From contig JBBRAK010000001.1 in the NCBI GenBank assembly GCA_038206875.1, positions 67,925 to 131,924 of the forward strand: a stretch of 64,000 bases of DNA, read 5' to 3'. The notes under the pieces were generated by a model that saw only the letters and a program-made list of their open reading frames with translations, made no database searches and was not told the origin of the DNA. Numbering within the stretch: position 1 is the first letter of the stretch; every line of letters starts with the position of its first letter. The translations under genes were made by a program, and so were the position numbers. This DNA is from Candidatus Saccharimonadales bacterium. GTDB lineage: Bacteria; Patescibacteriota; Saccharimonadia; Saccharimonadales; JBBQAJ01. Of the stretch, positions 1 to 10,458 are shown piece after piece.

Positions 1-1185
1 GAACTACTCGCCAAACTGGAAACATTGCGGGCCGAGCGAAATCAAATTTCAGATGCTTTAAAAGCCGGTAATCCGTCTGAGGAACAGATTAACAAGGGCA
101 AAAGCATAAAAGAGCAGGTAGTCGAAACTGAAGTGCTCTTAGGGCCGATATCTGATGCATTTTTAAGCTTATTAAAAAAGGTTCCAAATATTTACATGGA
201 TGGAGTCCCGGTAGGCAAAAGTGAAGATGAGAATGTTGTCGTTCGTGTAGAAGGCGAGCCACACAATTTTGATTACGAAATAAAACCGCACTGGGAGCTT
301 TTGAAAGCTAGCGACATGATGGATAAAGAACGCGCAGTAAAAATTTCTGGAAGTAGATTTGTTTATCTCAAGGGCGAATTAGTAAGAATGCAATTTGCTT
401 TGATTCAATTCGTAATGGATGTTCTGACAAATCAAGAAATACTGAGTAAAATAATAAAAGATAATGGTTTAGATATCAGCTCGAAGCCTTTTGTGCCAGT
501 TTTGCCACCAGCGTTGCTTAGAACGGAGCCCTATATTGCGTCTGCAAGACTAGATGCAGAGGAGGTTACCTATAGACTTGCTGACGATGATTTATGGTTG
601 AACGCAAGTGCTGAGCATACTCTTTGTACAATGTATATGGATGAAGTACTACCAGAGGACCAACTACCTATTCGATATATCGGATATAGTACTAGCTTTA
701 GAAGAGAAGCGGGCACATATGGGAAAGATACAGAAGGAATAATTCGTTTACATCAGTTCGACAAGCTAGAAATGGAAGTTTTTAGCACGCGCGAGACTGG
801 GCCGGATGAACACAAATTTTTGGTTGCGATTCAAGAATACCTTTTAAAGCAATTGAAAATTTCATACCAATACATTCAAAAATGTACCGCAGACATTGGC
901 AAACCAAACGCAACAGGGATAGATTTAAATTGTTGGTTCCCTGGCCAAAACAAATACATAGAAACTCACACAGCTGACTATATGACTGACTACCAAGCAA
1001 GGGACATGGCAACGAAAGTAAAACGCAAAGATGGAAAAATGGAACTAGTTCACACAAACGATGGTACAGCTTTTGCTATGAGCAGAATTCTGGCAGCAAT
1101 TGTAGAAAATTATCAAGACAAAGACGGTTCTATTTGGGTGCCAGAAGTGTTAAAACAATACATGGGGGGCAGGGACAAAATATGA
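1..1185 (+). CDS. serS: seryl-tRNA synthetase, 5' end outside window
   Basis: Frame is open from base 1 (ELLAKLETLRAERNQ...), so the N-terminal coiled-coil arm runs off the window start. The class II aaRS core (FRREAG.., GIIRLHQFDK.E) and C-terminal region are typical of SerRS. Confidence 0.9.
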   Translation, partial: ELLAKLETLRAERNQISDALKAGNPSEEQINKGKSIKEQVVETEVLLGPISDAFLSLLKKVPNIYMDGVPVGKSEDENVVVRVEGEPHNFDYEIKPHWELLKASDMMDKERAVKISGSRFVYLKGELVRMQFALIQFVMDVLTNQEILSKIIKDNGLDISSKPFVPVLPPALLRTEPYIASARLDAEEVTYRLADDDLWLNASAEHTLCTMYMDEVLPEDQLPIRYIGYSTSFRREAGTYGKDTEGIIRLHQFDKLEMEVFSTRETGPDEHKFLVAIQEYLLKQLKISYQYIQKCTADIGKPNATGIDLNCWFPGQNKYIETHTADYMTDYQARDMATKVKRKDGKMELVHTNDGTAFAMSRILAAIVENYQDKDGSIWVPEVLKQYMGGRDKI

Positions 1186-1329
1186 AAGCAGACATCAAGT
1201 TAGAATTTACTTCCTATTCCGAGCATTTTAGAGTGGACACAAAATCAATTTTACTCGACAATAGATTTCCTCTCAAAACTAATTTTTCACACACGCTAAA
1301 AAGCTCTCATAACGAAAGGAAATTCTAAA

Positions 1330-1698
1330 ATGATCTCCAAGCTTGAAATAAATGGTGTTCACTATGAGGTTACGCCAAAACTCAAAACGTACATTCGTAA
1401 AAAACTAGGGAAAATAGACAAATACATACTCAGGCATGCCCGCGAGTCTGCCCATATGGAAGTTTTTCTAAAAGAAATCAAAATAAAAACTAAAAAAGTA
1501 TGTGAATGCGAAGTTGTGCTTCGTTTGCCAAAAGAGACACTTACTGTAAAAGAATCAACTATAAATATGTTTGCGGCAGTCGATATTGTAGAAGCCAAAC
1601 TAAAGATACAAGTAAAAAAATATAAATCTAAACATGGTAGTCCGCAGTTGCACCATAGGCTAATTGGGAAACTAAGACGCAGGAAGCACCAGGTTTAA
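1330..1698 (+). CDS. hpf: ribosome hibernation promoting factor (HPF/YfiA/RaiA family)
   Basis: 122 aa. N-terminus LEINGVHYEVTPKLKTYIRKKLGKIDKY matches the HPF signature (I.G.....T.A.R.Y...KL.KL.KY). SD AAAGGAAA precedes the ATG. Confidence 0.75.
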   Translation: MISKLEINGVHYEVTPKLKTYIRKKLGKIDKYILRHARESAHMEVFLKEIKIKTKKVCECEVVLRLPKETLTVKESTINMFAAVDIVEAKLKIQVKKYKSKHGSPQLHHRLIGKLRRRKHQV

Positions 1699-1797
1699 GT
1701 ATATTGTTGGGAAAATTACCTGGATTTATCTACCCCTGATAGGTTACAATAACTAACATTGCCGAAAGACCATTTATCAGAGGAGTTTTAGTTAGAT

Positions 1798-4395
1798 ATG
1801 AATAAAATGTTCAAAAAAGTTCTTGGTGACCCACAGGTCAAAACTTTGCGTCGAATGCGCAGAAGAGTTAAAGATGTAAATGCTCTAGAGCCAAAGTACA
1901 AAAAGCTAACGGACAAGCAGTTAAAAGAGCAAACCAAGATACTGAAAAACCGCCTAGAAAAAGACTCAATAGACAAAATCTTGCCAGATGCATTCGCGGT
2001 CGTTCGGGAAGGGGCACGTCGAACACTGGGTCAGAGACATTTTGACGTTCAGTTGATTGGTGGGATGGTACTTCACGAAGGCAAAGTTGCGGAAATGAAA
2101 ACCGGAGAGGGTAAAACCCTTGTTGCTACTCTCGCAGTGTACCTAAATGGACTTACTGGAAAAGGTGTTCATGTAGTGACAGTAAATGATTATTTGGCTA
2201 GGCGTGATGCTGGATGGATGGGTGAGGTATATGACTTTTTGGGACTCTCCACAGGGGTTATTATTGCTGATGAATCGTATATATATGATGCAAATTTTGA
2301 AGACAAAAGCCATGACGACAAACGACTTTGGCACATGAAACCATGCACCAGGCAGGAAGCATATAATGCGGATATCACGTATGGTACGAACAATGAATTT
2401 GGGTTTGATTATCTGCGCGACAATATGGTTCGCGAAACCGATCAACTACGTCAAAGAGAACTACACCATGCAATTGTTGACGAAGTAGACTCTATATTGA
2501 TAGATGAAGCTCGGACTCCGCTTATCATATCTGCTCCTAGCGTGACTAGTGGTACTGCCTACGCCCAGTTTGCCAAAGTTACTCGTCAACTTAAAAAAGA
2601 CGAAGATTACGAAACAGATGAAAAACGTAAATCGGTTGTTCTGACCAATGAAGGCGTTGAGCATGTAGAGAAAATTTTGGGTATAACAAATTTATACGGC
2701 ACGGATAACATTCGCACCATTTATCACCTAGAGCAAGCACTAAAAGCTCAAGCTATGTTTAACCGAGACAAAGACTACGTAGTAACTCAGGACGGCGAAG
2801 TAGTTATTGTAGATGATTTTACGGGACGACTTTTGAAAGGTCGTCGATATAACGAAGGTCTTCACCAAGCAATCGAAGCAAAAGAGGGCGTAGAAGTACA
2901 AGAAGAATCCATGACGCTTGCTACGATTTCGTTTCAAAACTATTTTCGTTTGTACGACAAACTGTCTGGTATGACGGGTACTGCCGAAACCGAAAGTGAA
3001 GAATTTCACCAAGTGTATAAACTTGAAGTTGTACAGGTTCCCTCAAATAAACAGTTGGTTCGTGATGACCGTACAGATCGTATATATCGTACTGAAGCGG
3101 GCAAGTTCAAGGCAATTGTAAGAGAAATTGCAGCTTTGCATCATAAAGGACAGCCAGTTTTGCTGGGAACCGTATCAATAGAAAAGAATGAAATCTTAAG
3201 TGGACTACTGAAAAAAGCGAAAATCCCACATCAGATGTTAAACGCAAAAAATAACGAACGGGAAGCCAGCATTGTTTCTAAGGCAGGCCAAAAAGGTGCC
3301 GTGACTTTGGCAACCAACATTGCTGGTCGAGGAACAGATATTGTTTTGGATGAAGACGTAAAAGAACTTGGCGGATTGTTTGTACTTGGGAGTGAAAGAC
3401 ATGAATCTCGGAGAATTGACAACCAGTTGAGGGGACGTGCCGGTAGGCAGGGAGACCCAGGTGTGACTCAGTTTTTTGTAAGCACCGAAGACGATTTGAT
3501 GAGAATTTTTGGCGGAGAACGTATAGGTTCTATCATGGATCGCCTGGGGGTAGATGACGAAACACCTATTGAGAACAGAGTTATTAGCAAGAGTTTAGAA
3601 GGCGCACAAAAGAAAGTTGAAGGATTCAATTTTGATACACGAAAAAACGTCGTACAGTATGACGACGTCATGAACAGACACCGAAAAGCAACATATACTA
3701 TGCGACGCGAAATTCTTATGCAGGCTGATATCAAAAAACGAATTTTGGCGTTTTTGGAAGACGAGGCTAGAACTTTAGCCGAAAGTCCACTTTTGCTTTC
3801 TGATAAATATGAATCAATCGTAAAAGAAAGTTTTCCATTTGATGACGAAACGCTTGATAAGCTGTTTGATTCAGAATCATCGCAGTTTGGAAAAGTATTA
3901 AAATCTAAAGTCCATGAAATTTATGAAGCAAGAGAAAGTGCATTTTCGCCAGATATCATGCGAAAAGTTGAGCGTGATATATATTTGCAAATTTTGGACA
4001 ATTTATGGATGCAACACCTAGAAAACATGGATCATATGAGGGAAGGTATTCACTGGATAAGTGTTGGTCAAAGAGATCCTCTGGTCGAATATCGCAGGCA
4101 AGGACAACATATGTTTGAAGAAATGCAAAAAACACTACGTCACGAAGTGGTGCAAGCAATGTTTAGTGCTGAGCCAGTAGATGCCGAAAGGGCGGTTGAG
4201 ACTGAACTAACTCGCGCAGCTCGGCATTCTGTAGATAATGCAGATAAAATACTCGAAGCGGACGAATTTGAAGAAACAGATTTTGTGCCACTCAAAAATG
4301 CCGTAGCCGCCAAGAAACAGAGTAAAGACAAAATCAAAAAAGCTCGCAAACAAGAACGCCAACGCAAAAACAAAGCAAAACGGAAAAAGAACTAA
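1798..4395 (+). CDS. secA: preprotein translocase ATPase SecA
   Basis: 865 aa with DEAD-like motor motifs (MKTGEGKT, VDEVDSILIDEART, TNIAGRGTDI). It ends in a Lys-rich tail rather than the SecB-binding zinc finger. Confidence 0.95.
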   Translation: MNKMFKKVLGDPQVKTLRRMRRRVKDVNALEPKYKKLTDKQLKEQTKILKNRLEKDSIDKILPDAFAVVREGARRTLGQRHFDVQLIGGMVLHEGKVAEMKTGEGKTLVATLAVYLNGLTGKGVHVVTVNDYLARRDAGWMGEVYDFLGLSTGVIIADESYIYDANFEDKSHDDKRLWHMKPCTRQEAYNADITYGTNNEFGFDYLRDNMVRETDQLRQRELHHAIVDEVDSILIDEARTPLIISAPSVTSGTAYAQFAKVTRQLKKDEDYETDEKRKSVVLTNEGVEHVEKILGITNLYGTDNIRTIYHLEQALKAQAMFNRDKDYVVTQDGEVVIVDDFTGRLLKGRRYNEGLHQAIEAKEGVEVQEESMTLATISFQNYFRLYDKLSGMTGTAETESEEFHQVYKLEVVQVPSNKQLVRDDRTDRIYRTEAGKFKAIVREIAALHHKGQPVLLGTVSIEKNEILSGLLKKAKIPHQMLNAKNNEREASIVSKAGQKGAVTLATNIAGRGTDIVLDEDVKELGGLFVLGSERHESRRIDNQLRGRAGRQGDPGVTQFFVSTEDDLMRIFGGERIGSIMDRLGVDDETPIENRVISKSLEGAQKKVEGFNFDTRKNVVQYDDVMNRHRKATYTMRREILMQADIKKRILAFLEDEARTLAESPLLLSDKYESIVKESFPFDDETLDKLFDSESSQFGKVLKSKVHEIYEARESAFSPDIMRKVERDIYLQILDNLWMQHLENMDHMREGIHWISVGQRDPLVEYRRQGQHMFEEMQKTLRHEVVQAMFSAEPVDAERAVETELTRAARHSVDNADKILEADEFEETDFVPLKNAVAAKKQSKDKIKKARKQERQRKNKAKRKKN

Positions 4396-4534
4396 ATATG
4401 TTTTTTGACTTATCATTTACCAGTTCACATTTTCCAATTATTTATCATTTAACAATTGCCAAACAAAACCGCAACGAAAAATTCGAAATGGTAACTAATT
4501 CGGCTAATGATAAATGTAAATTGGTAAATTTCTA

Positions 4535-5824
4535 GTGCGTCACACGGCTAGCGAAGTTATACTGAAAAACGGTTCTAAAGGACTATTTATTCACGTGCCA
4601 GGCGCAACAGTTATGAGTTTAGAGATTAATTTTCGGGCTGGAGATTTTTTGTGTCCAGCTGATAAATGGGAAACGGCACATTTGATGGAACATCTACTGC
4701 TCGGGGCTAACGAACAGATTCCGCGGTCTAGAGCATTTCAGGCAGAATTTGAAAAAAACGGTGCATATTGCAACGCCAGCACTGGCAGTTACGATATAAC
4801 ATACGAAGCAGAATGTGCGGATTTTGAATGGCAGCGAATATCCAATCTACTGTTGGTTGCAATTAGCAAACCATTGTTTTTAGATGATGAATTCAAAGCT
4901 GAATATGGAAACGTTAGAGAAGAAATGATGGGGCGCTCGAATAATCATTTTCGACACCTTAGTTTGGCGCTTAGGCAACAGTATGGCTACAAAGTATTGA
5001 CCGACCAAGAGCGTGTAAAACAAATGAAAAACGTCACGGTAGAGGATATTCGGGCACATTATGTCAAAACGCATTTTACTAGAAATATGCGGTTTGTTGT
5101 GGCGGGTAAATTGACCGCAGTTCGTCAGCAAGCAATCACAGAGTTGCTGGAAAACATCGCTTTGCCAACGGGTCGAGCCAGAATTTCGCTTCCCACAGAA
5201 CACCCCAAAGGTCTCAAGGAGCCACTATATATTGCAAATAGAACGGTTGAGAATATGCATTTCTACCTAGATACATTTATGAGCAGACGATTGAGCGAAG
5301 AAGAGGCAGATGCTTTGGGCTTAGTGAACACTATGCTGACAGAGACATTGCACTCCAGAATATTGGGTGAAGCGCGGGAAAAAGGTCTCGTTTACAGTAT
5401 GAGTTCAAATTATCTCCAGACCAAATCTGCCACAAACTGGTGGTTTGGTACGCAAGTAACAGCACAAAATGCACCAGCATTGTTTACAATAATCGCGAAA
5501 GAACTTATTGCGGTTTGCAAAGGCGAAGTTACCCAAGCCGATATATCAGCAGCTCAGCAGTACATGCTAGGAAGATTTCAAAGAAGCGGTCAGACCGTGT
5601 CAGGAACAGCATCAGGTTACAGCGGAAGATATTTTTTCGACGACTTTATAGAAGATTATTATTTGGTGCCAGAGCGAATAAAAGCAATAACAAAAGAACA
5701 AATAGTTGACATAACAAATGAATTTTTCGCCAAACCTCACTGGGGAGCTGGATTTTTGGGGACTGCAAACAAAGAAATGAGAGAGCAGTTAATCAACATA
5801 CTTATGCCTCTTTGGACGAAGTAA
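4535..5824 (+). CDS. M16 family (pitrilysin/insulinase-like) zinc peptidase
   Basis: Inverted zinc motif HxxEH (AHLMEHLLLG) near the N-terminus. GTG start. Length 429 aa, typical of M16B. Confidence 0.8.
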   Translation: MRHTASEVILKNGSKGLFIHVPGATVMSLEINFRAGDFLCPADKWETAHLMEHLLLGANEQIPRSRAFQAEFEKNGAYCNASTGSYDITYEAECADFEWQRISNLLLVAISKPLFLDDEFKAEYGNVREEMMGRSNNHFRHLSLALRQQYGYKVLTDQERVKQMKNVTVEDIRAHYVKTHFTRNMRFVVAGKLTAVRQQAITELLENIALPTGRARISLPTEHPKGLKEPLYIANRTVENMHFYLDTFMSRRLSEEEADALGLVNTMLTETLHSRILGEAREKGLVYSMSSNYLQTKSATNWWFGTQVTAQNAPALFTIIAKELIAVCKGEVTQADISAAQQYMLGRFQRSGQTVSGTASGYSGRYFFDDFIEDYYLVPERIKAITKEQIVDITNEFFAKPHWGAGFLGTANKEMREQLINILMPLWTK

Positions 5825-5841
5825 CCTATAATTAGTGTCAT

Positions 5842-6927
5842 ATGGAAAAACTCGCTAAACAGTCAGCCGATTTAGCAGATGCAATAATAAGTGCTATTAG
5901 CAAACTGAAAATTGCCGATTTGGAAAAGTCCTTAGTTGAATTACAGAAAAAAATTGCCGATTCAAAATTTTGGGACAAACAGTCTAATGCTCAAAAAGTC
6001 ATGAAAGAGCAATCAAGTTTGGAAAGTCGCATACAGCCCTGGCGTAAACTAGAAAAATCAGTCACAGAAATTCAAGAATTATTGGATATAGGGGATTCTT
6101 CTATTGAGAAAGAGCTGACCGCTCAACTCGCATCTGCACAAAAAAACTTTGACCAAATGAAATCTCAGTTACTTTTCAATGGAAAATATGACTCAAAAGC
6201 TGTGATTTTGAGCATATATGCCGGTGCAGGTGGTACAGACGCGCAGGATTGGGCACAGATGCTTCTTAGAATGTACACACGTTGGGCAGAGGCAGAGAAA
6301 TATTCAGTTGTTACTATTGACCAATCAGATGGTGATGAAGCAGGGATAAAAAGCATCACACTAGAAATTGATGGTAATTTTGCTTTTGGAAGACTTCAAG
6401 GCGAACATGGCGTGCACCGGCTGGTACGGTTGAGCCCGTTTAACAGTGACAATTTGCGACAAACTAGTTTTGCCAAAGTTGAAATTATTCCAAAAATTGA
6501 TAGCCCAGAAGAAGTAGAAATAGATGAAAAAGATTTGAAAATAGATGTATATAGAAGTGGGGGAAAGGGAGGGCAGTCGGTAAACACAACGGATTCTGCA
6601 GTTAGGGTGACCCATATTCCAACGGGGATAGTTGTAGCAATTCAAAACGAACGTTCACAGTTACAAAACAAAGAAACGGCGATGACCATACTGCGCTCAA
6701 GACTTGCACAGTTGCAGATAGAGCAACATGCTGAAAGTTTGCGTGAGTTAAAGGGCCCCAACGAACAAGCAGCGTGGGGTAACCAAATTCGAAGCTACGT
6801 TCTGCACCCATATAAACAAGTAAAAGATCTTAGAACACTGTTCATATCTACTGATACAGACGCTGTTTTGGGTGGAGAAATAAATGATTTTATTACTGCT
6901 TACCTTGAATATAAATTTGGGCAATAG
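5842..6927 (+). CDS. prfB: peptide chain release factor 2, uninterrupted ORF
   Basis: SPF tripeptide (LSPFNSDN) and GGQ motif (GGQSVNTTDSAVRVTHIPTG). No in-frame UGA or CUU-UGA-C frameshift site; single 361-aa ORF. Confidence 0.9.
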   Translation: MEKLAKQSADLADAIISAISKLKIADLEKSLVELQKKIADSKFWDKQSNAQKVMKEQSSLESRIQPWRKLEKSVTEIQELLDIGDSSIEKELTAQLASAQKNFDQMKSQLLFNGKYDSKAVILSIYAGAGGTDAQDWAQMLLRMYTRWAEAEKYSVVTIDQSDGDEAGIKSITLEIDGNFAFGRLQGEHGVHRLVRLSPFNSDNLRQTSFAKVEIIPKIDSPEEVEIDEKDLKIDVYRSGGKGGQSVNTTDSAVRVTHIPTGIVVAIQNERSQLQNKETAMTILRSRLAQLQIEQHAESLRELKGPNEQAAWGNQIRSYVLHPYKQVKDLRTLFISTDTDAVLGGEINDFITAYLEYKFGQ

Positions 6928-7015
6928 TGTTCCTGCTGTTCGCAGGGTGCTAGCAGTATGACATATGAATCTCACAGCGACATGCCAAGACATCACTTTA
7001 AATATTGTTTGTAGT

Positions 7016-7044
7016 TTGACAAGCCATAAACGGGTTGATAACAT
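7016..7044 (+). promoter_or_regulatory. sigma70-like promoter (TTGACA-17-TAACAT) upstream of Pro-rich ORF/ftsEX
   Basis: TTGACA at 7016-7021, a 17-nt spacer, TAACAT at 7039-7044. AAAGGAAA SD at 7071-7078. Confidence 0.35.
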
Positions 7045-7081
7045 ATGTTTAGTTAGTAATCTAAGATAAAAAGGAAATTAT

Positions 7082-7327
7082 ATGGACCCACAAACTCCAC
7101 AAACACCTCAAGAACCAGTTAGCGTACCGCCAAGTATGCCAACTGAGCCAGTTGATCCGGCAACACAACCGTCAATGCCAGATCCAACCCCAGCAGAAGA
7201 ACCAACAACTCTGCCTCCTTCGGAACCTGTATCACCAGCTCCTGAAGAGCCAGCCGGTATGCCTCCAGAACAAGGTACTGATGGAGAAGTAGTTACACCT
7301 AGCGATCCAGTCTCTGGCGCACTTTAG
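7082..7327 (+). CDS. small acidic proline-rich protein (81 aa), unknown function
   Basis: Good SD (AAAAGGAAATTAT-ATG). Low-complexity P/T/E-rich sequence, no TM or signal peptide. Lies immediately upstream of ftsE. Confidence 0.4.
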   Translation: MDPQTPQTPQEPVSVPPSMPTEPVDPATQPSMPDPTPAEEPTTLPPSEPVSPAPEEPAGMPPEQGTDGEVVTPSDPVSGAL

Positions 7328-7399
7328 ATTTAACAAACTTTGCAAAATGTCCTTTAAGCTTAAGCAGCAAGAAGGACATTTTGTTATAATAGGCAGTAA

Positions 7400-8095
7400 A
7401 TGATATTACTTGATAGAGTTACAAAAGTATACAACCGAAACTCAACGGCCTTAGATCGCATATCTCTACATGTTGAAGCCAAAGAGTTTGTGATTATTGT
7501 TGGTGCAAGTGGTGCTGGAAAAAGCACGCTATTGAAACTCCTTACCAGAGAAGAACGACAGAGTAGCGGCAAAATCGTGATTGGTGGGATTGATTATGAC
7601 AAACTTAAAGACAAAAATATCCCACTTCTCAGGCGCAAGATTGGAGTAGTTTTTCAGGACTTCAAACTACTTCAGAACAAAAACGTATTTGAAAACGTTG
7701 CATTTGCATTGGAAATCGTGGGATACGGCAACAACGAAATTAAACACACCGTACCAAGAGTTCTTGAAATTGTAGGACTGAAAGGCAAAGAGAAACGAAT
7801 GCCTCCTGAACTTTCTGGAGGTGAACGCCAAAGAGTGGCTATAGCACGGGCGATTGTCAGACAACCAAAGATACTAATTGCTGACGAACCTACGGGTAAC
7901 CTCGACCCGAAATACGCTTGGGATATAATCAAAATTTTAGAAAAAATTAACAAATACGGCACTACGGTCATCTTGACCACGCACAACCAAGAAATTGTAA
8001 ACAAGCTCAAACGTCGTGTCGTGACAATAAACGACGGTAGAATTGTCAGCGACCGTGCAAATGGAAATTACACCGTTAAAGAGGATTCAAAATAA
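7400..8095 (+). CDS. ftsE: cell-division ABC ATPase FtsE
   Basis: Walker A GASGAGKST, ABC signature LSGGERQRVAIARA, Walker B ILIADEPTGNLD. 231 aa. Confidence 0.92.
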   Translation: MILLDRVTKVYNRNSTALDRISLHVEAKEFVIIVGASGAGKSTLLKLLTREERQSSGKIVIGGIDYDKLKDKNIPLLRRKIGVVFQDFKLLQNKNVFENVAFALEIVGYGNNEIKHTVPRVLEIVGLKGKEKRMPPELSGGERQRVAIARAIVRQPKILIADEPTGNLDPKYAWDIIKILEKINKYGTTVILTTHNQEIVNKLKRRVVTINDGRIVSDRANGNYTVKEDSK

Positions 8096-9053
8096 TGAGG
8101 AATCTACAGTGAAGCACAAAATAATTACATTTTGGCGAATTATCAAATCCGGTGCACAAAACTTTATAAGAAATGCCACGCTTGCGATTGCTGCTATAGC
8201 AGTTATGGTGATTACTCTCACAATAATATTATTGTCGGTCATAGCAAATGCGACTTTCGGGAATACTATTGCGCAAATTACAGATAGGATAGACATATCA
8301 GTATATCTAAAAGACTCCACAACAAGTGAGCAAAAAGATAAATTACTTAATGACCTGAAGCAAATAAAAAATGTTAAGGACGTTAACTATTTGTCAAAAA
8401 ATGATGTCTTGGATGCATACAAGGAACAAAATCGTGACAACATAGATTTGTTATTGGCAATTTCGCAAACAGACAATCCATTGCCCGCTACAATCAAAAT
8501 AAAGCCTGTTGATCCACTAAAAATACCTGAAATCCAAGACTATTTAGAAAAACCAGAAAATGTTGCTCTTCAGTCTGATAAAACAAGCTATTCTGGTGAT
8601 CGTAAAACAGCATTAGAAAAAATTACAAAAGCCGCAGATTTTATGACCAAGGCGGGCCTTGCGGGGGTAGTGATGTTTGCGCTGGTGTCTATGTTAATTA
8701 TATTTAACACTATCAGGATGGCCATATTTAACCGTCGAGACGAATTGCAAATCATGAGATTACTGGGGGCAACTACTGGGTATATCCGCGGTCCTTTTGT
8801 GGTTGAAACAGTTATGTATGGAATTATTTCGGCGATAATATCGGTCGCGCTCTGTAACACTTTGTTTGTGCTTTCGTCGTCAGCTTTTGATGCTACAAAT
8901 TTGGGGGTTTTGGACATAAAATTTGCTAACGATTATTTTGCCAGGAACTTTTGGTTAATCCTTGCGACTCAGCTTGGAATCGGTATACTTATAGGAGCCG
9001 CTTCTTCCACAATTGCTACCAGGCGGTATCTCAAATTCAAATCAAGTAAATAA
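8061..9053 (+). CDS. ftsX: cell-division permease-like protein FtsX
   Basis: Four-TM FtsX architecture with a large periplasmic loop between TM1 and TM2. Overlaps the ftsE 3' end. Start uncertain: TTG 8043, GTG 8055 or ATG 8061. Confidence 0.85.
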   Translation: MEITPLKRIQNNEESTVKHKIITFWRIIKSGAQNFIRNATLAIAAIAVMVITLTIILLSVIANATFGNTIAQITDRIDISVYLKDSTTSEQKDKLLNDLKQIKNVKDVNYLSKNDVLDAYKEQNRDNIDLLLAISQTDNPLPATIKIKPVDPLKIPEIQDYLEKPENVALQSDKTSYSGDRKTALEKITKAADFMTKAGLAGVVMFALVSMLIIFNTIRMAIFNRRDELQIMRLLGATTGYIRGPFVVETVMYGIISAIISVALCNTLFVLSSSAFDATNLGVLDIKFANDYFARNFWLILATQLGIGILIGAASSTIATRRYLKFKSSK

Positions 9054-9195
9054 AAATAATAACGACTTAATAAGTATGCTCTAAAAAAGAAGGGTGGGGT
9101 TTTTGGCCTCAAGAAAATTGATTATCAGGAAAATTTTTGTTACTCCCGCAAAGCAGGGATTTGAAGTATTGCATTTTGTCGGGGGTCGTGGTATT

Positions 9196-10359
9196 ATGCT
9201 TACGGTAAAAAACCAAACAAAAATGTTAAACAAAATAAAATCAGTTAAGTCCAATTTTTTGACGCTCGTTGTTGCAGTGCTATTGATTGGTGGGGTTGTT
9301 ATTTCACCAATGGTACGGGCAGATGTATTTGATGAACAGATAAAACAAATCCAAACCGAAAACAAAAATAACAAAGCAAACGTAGCGCAGTTACAGATCC
9401 AGGCAGACTCATATCAGGGCGAAATAAACAGACTACAAAGCCAAATAGATGCCATAAGAACACAGATTCGTGATACAGAAACCAAAAGAGACGATTTGGA
9501 AAAGCAGATTGTGGATGCTCAGTTAGAGCTCGACAAACAAAAAGCGCTTCTTGGAATCAACATAAAAGCAATGTACGTAGAAGGCGACATAAGTACGCTC
9601 GAAATGCTCGCTTCCAGCAAAAACTTAAGTGAATTTTTGGACAAACAGCAATATAGAACAAGTGTTCAGGAAAAGATCAAAACTACTTTAGACAAAATAA
9701 CAGAGCTAAAAGCCCAACTTCGAGAACAGAAAACTCAAGTAGAAAAACTTTTGGTCGACCAACAGACTATGAACAATCAACTTGGTGCAACTCAAGCGCA
9801 ACAGGCGGGTCTACTTGCATATACCCAAGATCAAAAAAACCAATATAGCGCACAGATTAAAGCCAACAACGCAAACATTAATGAACTCCGTAGACAACAG
9901 TTGATTGCGAACGCACGATTTTTGGGTGGTTCACCTGGCTCAGGTCCAGCATGTGGTGGTGGTTACCCTGGAAGTGCGCCTGGTCCTGGCGGTGTATGGG
10001 GCTGTAACTATCCGCTTGACTACAGCATAGACACTTGGGGCATGTACAACCGAGAATGCGTAAGTTACACCGCCTTTAAAGTAGCGGCATCTGGCAGATA
10101 CATGCCATATTGGGGTGGTCATGGTAATGCAAACCAGTGGGATGACAACGCCCGAGCAGCGGGAATTCCAGTAGATGGCAACCCTAGAGAAGGTGATATT
10201 GCACAAACAAACGCTGGCGGACTCGGTCATGTAATGTATGTAGAACATGTGTATGGCGATGGAACCATATATATAAGTCAGTACAATGCCGGCCTAGATG
10301 GTAGATATAGCGAAAAGCGAATTTCAGCATCTGGCCTAAACTTCATCCACTTCCCATAA
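9196..10359 (+). CDS. secreted coiled-coil + CHAP-domain peptidoglycan hydrolase (PcsB/RipC-like)
   Basis: Signal/TM segment (FLTLVVAVLLIGGVVISPMVRA). About 230 aa of heptad-rich Q/K/E coiled coil. C-terminal CHAP domain with a Cys (GVWGCNYP..YNRECVSYTAF) and a His (GDIAQTN..GHVMYVEHV). Start uncertain (9094 GTG, 9196 or 9223 ATG). Confidence 0.8.
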   Translation: MLTVKNQTKMLNKIKSVKSNFLTLVVAVLLIGGVVISPMVRADVFDEQIKQIQTENKNNKANVAQLQIQADSYQGEINRLQSQIDAIRTQIRDTETKRDDLEKQIVDAQLELDKQKALLGINIKAMYVEGDISTLEMLASSKNLSEFLDKQQYRTSVQEKIKTTLDKITELKAQLREQKTQVEKLLVDQQTMNNQLGATQAQQAGLLAYTQDQKNQYSAQIKANNANINELRRQQLIANARFLGGSPGSGPACGGGYPGSAPGPGGVWGCNYPLDYSIDTWGMYNRECVSYTAFKVAASGRYMPYWGGHGNANQWDDNARAAGIPVDGNPREGDIAQTNAGGLGHVMYVEHVYGDGTIYISQYNAGLDGRYSEKRISASGLNFIHFP

Positions 10360-10458
10360 GTATAAATTTCCAAGAAATGCGGTTGACTTTGGGAGAGTAA
10401 TGTGATAGACTAGGGCTACAATACAAAAATATAAATATTGTTAAACAAGGAATAAATC

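Noticed and set aside
1182-1328. 48-aa ORF (MKADIKLEF...) coupled to the serS stop (ATGA overlap) and ending 2 nt before hpf
   Set aside because: No recognisable features and weak SD; may be real but is unsupported. The 64-aa version in the ORF track lies inside serS.
1798-4395. SecA lacking the C-terminal Zn-finger
   Set aside because: Real observation (Lys-rich tail instead of CxCx8C[H/C]), but expected in organisms without SecB.
782-4416. Numerous 60-110-aa minus-strand ORFs antisense to serS, secA, the M16 peptidase and prfB
   Set aside because: Shadow ORFs inside well-supported genes; no independent evidence.
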